A stretch of DNA of 24,442 bases from Nitrososphaerota archaeon. Its GTDB lineage: Archaea; Thermoproteota; Nitrososphaeria; Nitrososphaerales; UBA57. This document shows, piece by piece, positions 6,439 through 14,375 of this stretch (within the stretch, counting starts at the first letter, position 1; the number at the start of each line of letters is the position of its first letter). Under the pieces are notes generated by a model that worked only from the letters and a program-made list of their open reading frames with translations, searched no databases and had not been told where the DNA came from. Both the position numbers and the translations under genes were made by a program. The DNA is taken from positions 1 through 24,442 of the forward strand of contig PAVW01000014.1 of the NCBI GenBank assembly GCA_002713205.1, written 5' to 3'.

Positions 6439-8637
6439 TTATGGCGATGGTGCTGCTAGTACCGGTTCTTCCACTTCAGATCGGTCCTTGACAATTTCAT
6501 AAATTAAAACACCTGTGAAAGCTCCTGCGGGTGCATCAGGGTGGATGCTTGATGAAGCAAAGGCAAGTCTTAAGGGTCCGTTTGAATCTACTGGATATTT
6601 GAGTTGATAAGTGTATAATTGTGTATTCCCTTGTGCCCATGGTTGATTTTCTATAATTTGCCCTTCTTGATCAACTTGTACGCTATTAACGAAAGGCATT
6701 AATTTACCAAGGAATGAATTTGTCCAAAGATTTTCGTTTGGGGTAAATCCATCGGCTTCTACGAATTCTTCGTCTTGCATACCTCCTATTCGAATGAACC
6801 ATTGTTTCTTACTTTCGTCACCTCCACCGCCTAATAGGAAAAATTCTCCAATTCTCTGATCATTTCCTTTTCTACCTGCAATAAATATCAGAACATAATC
6901 TGCATCTAGCGTGTCTAAGATTTCTAAGGATTCAGCCTCAGGTGACATAAACATTCTACCGAGAACTTCAATTCTAGTACCGTTAATGGTGGCGTTATCT
7001 GCTAAACTAGTACGATTACCCATTACAGTTATCCAATATCCATAATCCCACCAAGCAGCAATAACAGCATCTTCTTCAGTGTTTGTTTGCATCCAAGCTA
7101 GTGCTTCTAAGAAGTCACCTTGAAATGCACGTTGAGTACTACCAGAATTTGCTATAGCTGTCGGAATATCTGCCGAGTATATTGTATTAAAAGAATATGA
7201 TGGAGTAATGATTGGAAAACATAAAAGGGCAATCACAACTACCGAATAAAATACTTTTAATCCAACTCTTATCTCTGAACCGCCAGTTTTTCGTTTACCA
7301 AATCCAGTTAACATGGGTTTGAACATAGAACGAGTTAATGCAGCAAATCCAATTGCTGCAAGAATTGCTATCGATATAGTAGAATAAATCATCAATCTGG
7401 AGAATGATGATGAAATATAAATTCCTGCGCCAGCAAATGCAAGAAGGAATATAGAATCAATACTGTGTTTGTTGAAAAGTGTTATTATACCAAAACATGC
7501 AAATGGTAATAAAATCAAATATTCAGAAAAGTATTGAGCACCTGTTGGAACAAAGTGTTCTGCAACAGATTCTACCAATGGAACGCCACTTCGTTGGAAC
7601 GGAAGTACAACGGTGAGATACCTACCGCTTACTTCAGAGAGGAATCCGAAACTTAATATAATTATTCCACCTAATACAGACCCAATAATCACATTTGTTA
7701 TTATTGTACTATATTCCTTGAGTAGTGAATAAGAACGAATTACATAACTCAATATAGCGAATCCAAGAGATCCGAGCAGGGCAATTCCTATAGGGCCATC
7801 AATTATTGCAACACCTGGTCTTGGAGATATAGCACTAATAAGAAGATACATGGAAATGAATATAGCGCCAGAAAAAATTGCTTTGCCTTGGTTGATATTG
7901 AGAAAGGGCATAATTATAAACACGGCAGAGACTACAATGGCAAAAAATAGTGAACCTCCCCAAGCAGTATTTGCTAGGCCCAATAATAATCCTGAGGTTA
8001 TAGAACGACCAACAAGACTGTTAAATTTACGTTTTGAATCAAACATGGTTAAGAAAAAGTATACGCCCCATAATGCAAGGAAAAGCGCGAATGGTTCAGA
8101 TTTGAACCAACCCAGATTTCCTCTTTGAATTATTGAACCACTAAATGCTACTATTAAGGCTGCGAGAAGTGATCCTCCAGGACTTGTAACTCTTCGTGCA
8201 ATAAGATAAATCGGAAAGATTGTGAGCGCTCCCACCATAGGAGGGAACATTACAACAAAATCATAAAGAGATGCAGATAATCCAAAAATATTCCTAGCAA
8301 TAAGATAAAATATTGCACCTGCAAAATGTAAACCGACTTGGGAGGTTCGAGCTACTGGTCGACCTTCAGGATACCAAGTTTTATAATCGTGCCAGGAAAA
8401 ATAATCTAGAAATCCACGAAGTCCTTGTGTGTCGAAGTTGTCTACTAAAAATTTTGAAGCGTAATAATCAAAGAAAGGATCATATTCATTCAAATAATAA
8501 CCATATTTGACTGGCATTATTCTAAGTAGTAAAGCAGCTGAAAAAATAACAACTAATGCAATAGAAACAACCAAAGTACGTCTAGATATTTCAGGTCTAA
8601 GAGAACTCAGATTTAGTGAATCAATATATTTACTCAA
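6439..8637 (-). CDS. aglB: Archaeal oligosaccharyltransferase AglB (STT3 family)
   Basis: 732 aa with a multi-TM N-terminal half. The canonical WWDYGYW motif is present (AAWWDYGYWITVMG). The N-terminal acidic loop motif is NEYDPFFDYY. A soluble C-terminal domain follows. Confidence 0.92.
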   Translation of the reverse strand: MSKYIDSLNLSSLRPEISRRTLVVSIALVVIFSAALLLRIMPVKYGYYLNEYDPFFDYYASKFLVDNFDTQGLRGFLDYFSWHDYKTWYPEGRPVARTSQVGLHFAGAIFYLIARNIFGLSASLYDFVVMFPPMVGALTIFPIYLIARRVTSPGGSLLAALIVAFSGSIIQRGNLGWFKSEPFALFLALWGVYFFLTMFDSKRKFNSLVGRSITSGLLLGLANTAWGGSLFFAIVVSAVFIIMPFLNINQGKAIFSGAIFISMYLLISAISPRPGVAIIDGPIGIALLGSLGFAILSYVIRSYSLLKEYSTIITNVIIGSVLGGIIILSFGFLSEVSGRYLTVVLPFQRSGVPLVESVAEHFVPTGAQYFSEYLILLPFACFGIITLFNKHSIDSIFLLAFAGAGIYISSSFSRLMIYSTISIAILAAIGFAALTRSMFKPMLTGFGKRKTGGSEIRVGLKVFYSVVVIALLCFPIITPSYSFNTIYSADIPTAIANSGSTQRAFQGDFLEALAWMQTNTEEDAVIAAWWDYGYWITVMGNRTSLADNATINGTRIEVLGRMFMSPEAESLEILDTLDADYVLIFIAGRKGNDQRIGEFFLLGGGGDESKKQWFIRIGGMQDEEFVEADGFTPNENLWTNSFLGKLMPFVNSVQVDQEGQIIENQPWAQGNTQLYTYQLKYPVDSNGPLRLAFASSSIHPDAPAGAFTGVLIYEIVKDRSEVEEPVLAAPSP

Positions 8638-8643
8638 TTAAAT

Positions 8644-8841
8644 TTAATCAACCCTTTTTATCACTGTTCCGTGTATTATTGCTTTTCCACCGGTATTTTC
8701 GGCAATGAGAGTATCGCAATTTTTACATTTAATTTTTAATGTTGATGTGGAAAATATAATGCGTTCATTCCCGCATTTTTTACACTGTACAGATAGAAAT
8801 GAACTTCTGGAATTAGGAATTGGTAATAGATGTCTCTTCAT
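8644..8841 (-). CDS. rps27e: Ribosomal protein S27e (eS27)
   Basis: 65 aa with a zinc ribbon of two CxxC pairs (CKKCGNERIIFSTSTLKIKCKNC) followed by AENTGGKA. The start overlaps the L44e stop (ATGA). Confidence 0.9.
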   Translation of the reverse strand: MKRHLLPIPNSRSSFLSVQCKKCGNERIIFSTSTLKIKCKNCDTLIAENTGGKAIIHGTVIKRVD

Positions 8842-9119
8842 GCTAATATCTCCATTTTTCTAATCCGAAGACCACGACTTTTCATATTGTATTTGCTGCA
8901 ATCCTGACATTTATACCGCAACGTTACTTTTTTAGTAGTCTTTGCAGTTCGCTTTAATTCAGGAAATTTTTGTCCGCCATAACCTTTTCTGTCTTCTTCA
9001 TGGCGTCGTGCACCCAATGAGCTACCTCGTTGTTTGCCAGCTTTATATATTGAAACTGTATGTAATTGGTGTTTTTTGCAACTTGGACAATAGTGTTTCA
9101 TTTCCTTGGGAATTTTCAT
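8838..9119 (-). CDS. rpl44e: Ribosomal protein L44e (eL42)
   Basis: 93 aa. The pattern CPSCKKHQLHTV...RRHEEDRKGYGGQKFP...RYKCQDC is the typical L44e zinc-ribbon and YGGQ pattern. Confidence 0.92.
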   Translation of the reverse strand: MKIPKEMKHYCPSCKKHQLHTVSIYKAGKQRGSSLGARRHEEDRKGYGGQKFPELKRTAKTTKKVTLRYKCQDCSKYNMKSRGLRIRKMEILA

Positions 9120-9178
9120 AGTTGAATAACCTGTAAAAAAGTATGTTAAAATATCTTATTTGAACTTTCTGGATATTA

Positions 9179-9742
9179 TTAAAAATCTACATCCAATTCT
9201 TGAACATTCCCGTGGTTAACCAATGGTTTAATGTTATCAACAGGCAATACAGCAATATCTTCTTTAAAAAATGGGCCATAAGTGTGAGAATCAACGCCTA
9301 TAGATGACGAAGAATCTTTAAGGAATCGAACTAGAGCATATTTTATAGTTTTATCTTCTTTAAGGCCTTCAATAAAAGCTATCCGTCCTTCTCCTATTGC
9401 TCGATTTAATTTAGATGTTCTTTTGGAAGCATCAATCAAAGGTTCTAAGGCGTATTTTTCTTCTGGGGTAAGTAGATTACGCAGGTTTTCTTGATTATTT
9501 TGAAGTGCCTTTAATAGCCTAATATTCATAATTTTTTCGGACATATTTGATAGCATTTCACGTTCTTTTGTTATTATCATTTCAGGAACAGTTACTGCAA
9601 CTTTACCGAAACCATTTTTTTTAGATTTAATATAATTTGTAATGTCTAGATAAATCGATATAGGAATGTCTGTTAATTCGTCAGAATTTCTTTCAGCTTC
9701 TAAAATACCGTAGACTTGTGAAAGAATATTTGATGATGACAT
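9179..9742 (-). CDS. Probable GINS subunit (Gins51/Gins15-like)
   Basis: 187 aa, immediately downstream of priS. The gins15-priS linkage is well known in archaea. The N-terminal half is helical. The C-terminal small domain carries VRFLKD...IGVDSHTYGPFFKEDIAVLPVDNIKPLVNHGNV, which resembles the Gins51 B-domain. This call rests on motif recall only. Confidence 0.6.
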   Translation of the reverse strand: MSSSNILSQVYGILEAERNSDELTDIPISIYLDITNYIKSKKNGFGKVAVTVPEMIITKEREMLSNMSEKIMNIRLLKALQNNQENLRNLLTPEEKYALEPLIDASKRTSKLNRAIGEGRIAFIEGLKEDKTIKYALVRFLKDSSSSIGVDSHTYGPFFKEDIAVLPVDNIKPLVNHGNVQELDVDF

Positions 9743-9818
9743 TCAATATTAAAATGAATAATTAGAATATAACTGTAATGAATATTATCCGGAATTACAA
9801 TATTTGAACAGATGGAAA

Positions 9819-10973
9819 TCAAGCTATTGTTGCCAATTTATGTAATAGTAAATATACAGAGGCAAAAGTTGGCAATGTTTCAGTGCTTTTCTTAAAAGGC
9901 CCATATGTAATTCCTTTTAAAGTAAAAACCGGACAAAATGTAATATTAATTTTTAGAGGTTCGCTGCTAAGTACAACAGGTTGTGTAGATGGTTCAAATG
10001 ACAAAATATCTCCACATTTTATTTTTGCAAATCCGCTTTTGTTGTGTAAAGAAGTTGGGAGGCGAAAGATTCTAGACATGTCAGGAGTAACTGATGGATC
10101 TATATTTGAGCGTAATGATATAACACTTTGTTTAAAGATTTTATTAAATTTTGACTTTGTCGAATATATCTCTGCAATTTTTTCAGAAAAATTCAAAGAA
10201 TCAGCCGAACTACCTGTTTCATAATCTGTAAAAAAATGCGCTATTCGACCAGGCCAGCCAGGTTGATTTGATAAAGGTATATGTTGAATTAGTTGAGAAT
10301 ATGAAAATTTTTTATCAAAACCCAAAGATTGTAATGATATTTCTTTACATAACATATAGTCAACTATTTCCCTTCTCTCCCTGCGATCCAATTTTTCATA
10401 AACGGAATTTTCGACAACTAAATGGTATCCTTTATTTCCAGAAAAAAAGATTGAAATATCTTTTTGGGAAATTCCAAAATCTTTTACCAGTATATCAAAT
10501 AATTTAATAGCTTCGTTTTTAGTTGCGCCAAGGCAATTTGAACATGACCAAGTTAAAACATTAATTTTATTATCTTTACATTTTGTGCAGTTATTAGGAC
10601 GTGAACCCTTACCTACTTTTCCACAATTCTTGCATATCCAATGGTCGTGTTGATTCTTACATTTTAAGTTTAAAGCATCTGCATCAATATCAAAAGCTAA
10701 ATCACTTCCCTTCCACTCTTTCTCAGCCATGTTTTTAGCTGGATGATTATAATAGGAGCAAGAAGCATAAACTCCTTTTGGAGATTTATAAATTATATTT
10801 TCCAAAAAATCAGAAAAATCAGAAACAGAAATATGACGGTGCATAAATCCATCAAAAGACAAATAGCCAAACTCCCGTTCTTTTAGTCTGGATGGCGAGT
10901 TAATTCGATTTTTATTTTTTTTATAATAATCTCTAAATATTGTTTTTATAGATTCAGTGTTTTTGTCTAGCAT
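9819..10973 (-). CDS. priS: DNA primase small (catalytic) subunit PriS
   Basis: The catalytic acidic motif is DLAFDIDAD. The SGNKGYHLVV motif and RIFRLPTSLHNKSG are present. There is a Cys-rich zinc-binding insert (CKNQHDHWICKNCG...CTKCKD...CSNC). Confidence 0.9.
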   Translation of the reverse strand: MLDKNTESIKTIFRDYYKKNKNRINSPSRLKEREFGYLSFDGFMHRHISVSDFSDFLENIIYKSPKGVYASCSYYNHPAKNMAEKEWKGSDLAFDIDADALNLKCKNQHDHWICKNCGKVGKGSRPNNCTKCKDNKINVLTWSCSNCLGATKNEAIKLFDILVKDFGISQKDISIFFSGNKGYHLVVENSVYEKLDRRERREIVDYMLCKEISLQSLGFDKKFSYSQLIQHIPLSNQPGWPGRIAHFFTDYETGSSADSLNFSEKIAEIYSTKSKFNKIFKQSVISLRSNIDPSVTPDMSRIFRLPTSLHNKSGFAKIKCGDILSFEPSTQPVVLSSEPLKINITFCPVFTLKGITYGPFKKSTETLPTFASVYLLLHKLATIA

Positions 10974-11997
10974 TTTTTTTCACCATGTTTGTTTTATTAC
11001 GAAATTGGAGAGGATTGATTATACTTCCACAAGCTTCGGTTTTAAAACAAAAATCATTTGTTTTCATGGTTTTACAGCTAGGTACAGAATATTTCGTACC
11101 ACCGCCTTTTAGACCTGCAATATGCTCAACTTGGTATCTAGTAATACTTTGACTGAAACCTAAAGAAGTAGGGTACATTTTTATTATATCATCAACATTT
11201 TTTCCAGCTCGTAATAGGAAAGTAGTCATTAAAAATTTCCCATAGTGTTTTACTTGATCGCCGTTTTTTATCATTTCAATTGCCTTGGATACACATGGAG
11301 GATATTCTCCTGTAAATACTATATTACTACGATTTAACGGCGGTCTGGGCATGGAATTCTGTATTTCTTTAATGGTTTTACTAATAGATTTATTTTCCAA
11401 CAAAGACGGAGGAATTTTAGTTTCGTCTAATTTGGAAATAATCATTTCATAAATTTCTGAGCGTAATAATTCCACAAGTTCTTTATGTTTAACATAGACA
11501 AAGCCCTGATCCACTAGTCTGTTGACCAATCTCCAATTAACTCCTCGAAGATGAAGAGAACGTGGAAGGTAACTATTTAGCGGAATTTTATAAGCCCATT
11601 TGTCAATAGAGTCGTCATTTATTTCAATTGGTTGTATTTTTAATATAATTTCAAAAAGTTTTGGTATAACTGACTGTCGTTCATTCAATAGAAAATTTTC
11701 AATTCGTTTAGATTCAGCTAAAGCAAATTTAGAAATTGCATAAGAATTATTGGTGGATTTAATCAGTAACAGAGCTAGTGGGAATGAAAAAATTTCAACT
11801 TCAACATTGGAAATACTAGTAGGGGAAATTCCGTGTTTGAAACCGTGGATTATACGATTTTTAGCGTTTTCAAGTATATTGTAATCAGAATTTAATAAAT
11901 CAGTTATAGTAAAATTTAGTGTCTTGACGAAAGCTCCTGTTTCAGGAAGGAATGGATATTTTGCATAATCTTCTTTTCCAATATCTACCAATTTCAA
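10954..11997 (-). CDS. priL: DNA primase large subunit PriL
   Basis: The signature GEYPPCVSKAIEMIKNGDQVKHYGKFLMTTFLLRAGKNVDDIIKMY is present. C-terminal Fe-S cluster cysteines are present (SCKTMKTNDFCFKTEAC). The stop overlaps the priS start by 20 nt. Confidence 0.88.
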   Translation of the reverse strand: MKLVDIGKEDYAKYPFLPETGAFVKTLNFTITDLLNSDYNILENAKNRIIHGFKHGISPTSISNVEVEIFSFPLALLLIKSTNNSYAISKFALAESKRIENFLLNERQSVIPKLFEIILKIQPIEINDDSIDKWAYKIPLNSYLPRSLHLRGVNWRLVNRLVDQGFVYVKHKELVELLRSEIYEMIISKLDETKIPPSLLENKSISKTIKEIQNSMPRPPLNRSNIVFTGEYPPCVSKAIEMIKNGDQVKHYGKFLMTTFLLRAGKNVDDIIKMYPTSLGFSQSITRYQVEHIAGLKGGGTKYSVPSCKTMKTNDFCFKTEACGSIINPLQFRNKTNMVKKNARQKH

Positions 11998-12093
11998 TAA
12001 CTAATCTAACAAATATTATGACATTGACTCTTATATTATTTCAATTAGGGAGATATATTCATAAACATCCATTTATCATATCAATTCATACAA

Positions 12094-12327
12094 ATGTTAA
12101 ACCCATATGAAGAACGAGCAGGCATGCTGTTAAAAACAAAGAAAAAAGAATTACGGGAATTGAAGAAAAAAATTTTAACAGAAACTGGCTTCTTTGGTAA
12201 ACGAAAATTAAAAAATGAAATAAAAAATACCACTGAAGACATAGAATATCTAAAAAATGATATCTTCCTTTATAGGCGAGGTGTTGCATGGAATAAAAAA
12301 AAGTCATTAAAAACTATCAGAAAATAG
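12094..12327 (+). CDS. Hypothetical small lysine-rich protein (77 aa)
   Basis: The ORF has an ATG start and a charged, helical-looking composition (KTKKKELRELKKKIL...). The antisense ORF 12086-12307 looks like low-complexity noise. I recognise no motif. Support for this call is weak. Confidence 0.3.
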   Translation: MLNPYEERAGMLLKTKKKELRELKKKILTETGFFGKRKLKNEIKNTTEDIEYLKNDIFLYRRGVAWNKKKSLKTIRK

Positions 12328-12395
12328 TAAAATAATTATTCTGTTCAGAAATTTAATAATAAAATGTAAGAATGTTCAAAATAAAAATCAAATTC

Positions 12396-12404
12396 TTTAT
12401 ATAT
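12396..12404 (+). promoter_or_regulatory. TATA-box-like element upstream of glnA
   Basis: The sequence tttatatat lies 22-30 nt upstream of ATG 12426. This spacing fits an archaeal TATA box driving a leaderless or near-leaderless mRNA. Confidence 0.35.
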
Positions 12405-12425
12405 GTTCGATTTTTTATTATATTT

Positions 12426-13934
12426 ATGCCGTATAATAGAAACGCAGATGGAAAGCTCATTAGAAAATCTATGGGTGTTTCAGATGTTTTTGAGAAAATA
12501 AGAAGTGAGAATGTAAAGTTCATAGACTTGCAATTCACTGATGTTCCAGGAAAATTACATCATGTAACCGTTCCTACTCACACAATAAATGAAAGTAGTT
12601 TCTCTGTAGGTGTACCTAAATTGGATGGTTCATCAATTCGAGGATTTACCGGAATAAATGAATCGGATATGTTATTGAGGCCCGATCCAAATACTTTTGT
12701 CATAGTTCCATGGTCAAATCCTGAAGCCAAGTATGCTAGATTGTTATGTTCTGTTTATTGGGGTCAAGGAGTATCAACTCATAAAGGTGAAGCATTGGAA
12801 AAAGATCCTCGAGGAACGGCCCAGAAAGCTGAATCATATCTTAAAGAAAACGGATTTGATATATCCTACTGGGGACCTGAATTAGAATTCTTTGTTTTTG
12901 ATAGTGTAACTTGGAATACTTCAACACCTGCGTCGGGACAAAGTTACTGTATAAAAAGTAATGAAGCTGCATGGAAACCTGGCGGATATAAAGAATTCAA
13001 TGACGAGGGGAAACGAATTTATCATCCAATTAGACATAAGGAAGGATACTTCCCTGTTACACCGCAAGATACATTGATGGACTTTAGAAATGATGCTGTG
13101 TTAACAATGGAAGATAATTTTGGTATTGTAACTGATGCTCACCATCATGAAGTGGCAACAGCAGGTCAGTGTGAGATAAACATGCTTTACGACTCGCTTG
13201 TAAATCAAGCTGATAGTGCTCAATCATTCAAATATGTTGTAAAAAATATTGCATTTCAATACAATCAGGTCGCAACTTTCATGCCTAAACCGTTGGCAGG
13301 TGACAATGGTTCTGGAATGCATGTACATCAAAGTCTATGGAAAGGAACTACAAATGAATTTTATGACGAAAACGATGCTCATGCACAGATTAGTCAAACG
13401 GCAAGATACTATATTGGAGGTATTATGGCCCATACACAGTCATTAGCCGCTATAGTTGCTCCAACTACCAACTCGTACAAGCGACTTGTACCTGGATTTG
13501 AGGCTCCTGTATACATTGCTTGGAGTAGAAGCAATAGGTCGGCAAATGTCAGAATTCCCGTCAATCTTACAGGTACACCTGCAGCTAAAAGAATTGAATT
13601 CAGATGTCCAGATCCCTCTGCAAATCCATATCTAGCTTTCGCGGCAATGCTTTGTGCAGGCTTGGATGGAATTAGAAATAAAATGGATTGTGGGGATCCA
13701 GTAGATGAAAATATTTATCTGCTTTCGCCTGAGCGAAGAAGACAAATGGGAATCAGAGAACTTCCAAAGAATCTTGGTGAAGCAACAGACGCTCTGGAAA
13801 GCGATAGTGAATTCTTGAAAGAAGTGTTTGATCCGAGTTTGTTGGAATTCATAATTGAATTCGCAAGAGATCAACATAACGAAATAATTTCAAGAACTCA
13901 TCCACACGAATTCGAATTATATTTCGACGTCTAG
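12426..13934 (+). CDS. glnA: Glutamine synthetase, type I
   Basis: The N-terminal beta-grasp is VKFIDLQFTDVPGKLHHVTVP. The ATP-binding signature is KPLAGDNGSGMHVHQS. NSYKRLVPGFEAP and NRSANVRIP are also present. The ORF-track start at 12372 adds an implausible MFKIKIKFFIYVRFFIIF extension. I prefer ATG 12426; ATG 12471 is also possible. Confidence 0.93.
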   Translation: MPYNRNADGKLIRKSMGVSDVFEKIRSENVKFIDLQFTDVPGKLHHVTVPTHTINESSFSVGVPKLDGSSIRGFTGINESDMLLRPDPNTFVIVPWSNPEAKYARLLCSVYWGQGVSTHKGEALEKDPRGTAQKAESYLKENGFDISYWGPELEFFVFDSVTWNTSTPASGQSYCIKSNEAAWKPGGYKEFNDEGKRIYHPIRHKEGYFPVTPQDTLMDFRNDAVLTMEDNFGIVTDAHHHEVATAGQCEINMLYDSLVNQADSAQSFKYVVKNIAFQYNQVATFMPKPLAGDNGSGMHVHQSLWKGTTNEFYDENDAHAQISQTARYYIGGIMAHTQSLAAIVAPTTNSYKRLVPGFEAPVYIAWSRSNRSANVRIPVNLTGTPAAKRIEFRCPDPSANPYLAFAAMLCAGLDGIRNKMDCGDPVDENIYLLSPERRRQMGIRELPKNLGEATDALESDSEFLKEVFDPSLLEFIIEFARDQHNEIISRTHPHEFELYFDV

Positions 13935-13935
13935 T

Positions 13936-13980
13936 AAAAAAAACAAATGGAGGATTTTTATCCTCCAAAAAATTTTTTTT
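13936..13980. terminator. Symmetric bidirectional terminator: A8 - hairpin - T8
   Basis: A perfect 7-bp stem ggaggat/atcctcc with a tttt loop lies at 13949-13966. It is flanked by aaaaaaaa (13936-13943, which reads T8 on the minus strand) and tttttttt (13973-13980). It sits between the convergent glnA and AbrB-like genes. Confidence 0.5.
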
Positions 13981-14260
13981 ATTTCGGTTTTTTAATTTTC
14001 CAAGCAATGACTTGGATTAGATCGCCTTTGTGGATGTCATACATCTCTCTTTCGGCTTCTGGTATTGCAATTCGTCCAAGGTCTTGAACTCGTACTTTGA
14101 ATCGTGCCATTCTGCCTTTACCCAATTCTGGTAGTTGTTCTTTTATCAAGACGCTTTGCTTGTTAAGATAATCAATGAGTTTGGAATATAAAATCTGTGA
14201 ATCGTCACGGATGATTTTCTTTGCGGGTTGCTTGGACCTCGATTTGCTAGTCTTTTTCAT
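13979..14260 (-). CDS. AbrB/SpoVT (MazE-like) domain DNA-binding protein
   Basis: 93 aa with a basic N-terminal tail. The C-terminal sequence VRVQDLGRIAIPEAEREMYDIHKGDLIQV matches the swapped-hairpin SpoVT/AbrB pattern (G-r-v-x-IP-x-x-x-R...GD-x-v). Confidence 0.7.
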   Translation of the reverse strand: MKKTSKSRSKQPAKKIIRDDSQILYSKLIDYLNKQSVLIKEQLPELGKGRMARFKVRVQDLGRIAIPEAEREMYDIHKGDLIQVIAWKIKKPK

Positions 14261-14351
14261 ACGGTGTAATACAAACTAATATATTTAAATTATACTTTAA
14301 AAGTATGTAGAAGTATTAAATCAGGTTATTGGATAAAAATTAAATTCTCAA

Positions 14352-14366
14352 ATACAATCATTGTAT
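14352..14366. promoter_or_regulatory. 7-1-7 palindrome atacaat-c-attgtat, 10 nt upstream of the eRF1-like gene start
   Basis: A perfect inverted repeat is seen directly in the divergent intergenic region between the AbrB-like gene and the GGQ protein gene. Confidence 0.3.
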
Positions 14367-14375
14367 AGGTAAAAT

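Noticed and set aside
7850-8510. Two plus-strand ORFs (7850-8128, 8313-8510) antisense to aglB
   Set aside because: Both are embedded in the well-supported STT3-family CDS, and their translations are not protein-like.
9883-10507. Plus-strand ORFs 9883-10224 and 10268-10507 antisense to priS
   Set aside because: The minus-strand frame carries all the primase catalytic motifs. The antisense frames have no recognisable features.
12086-12307. 73-aa minus-strand ORF opposite the small lysine-rich ORF
   Set aside because: Its F/L/H-rich translation resembles an antisense artefact. The plus-strand ORF is only weakly preferred, and neither may be real.
12353-12538. 61-aa minus-strand ORF, and the 12372 start of the glnA ORF
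   Set aside because: It overlaps the glnA promoter and N-terminus. The 18-aa N-terminal extension from 12372 is hydrophobic, AT-codon noise and contains the putative TATA box.
13249-13877. ORFs 13249-13446 (+) and 13632-13877 (-) within glnA
   Set aside because: Both are nested in alternative or antisense frames of a highly conserved CDS.
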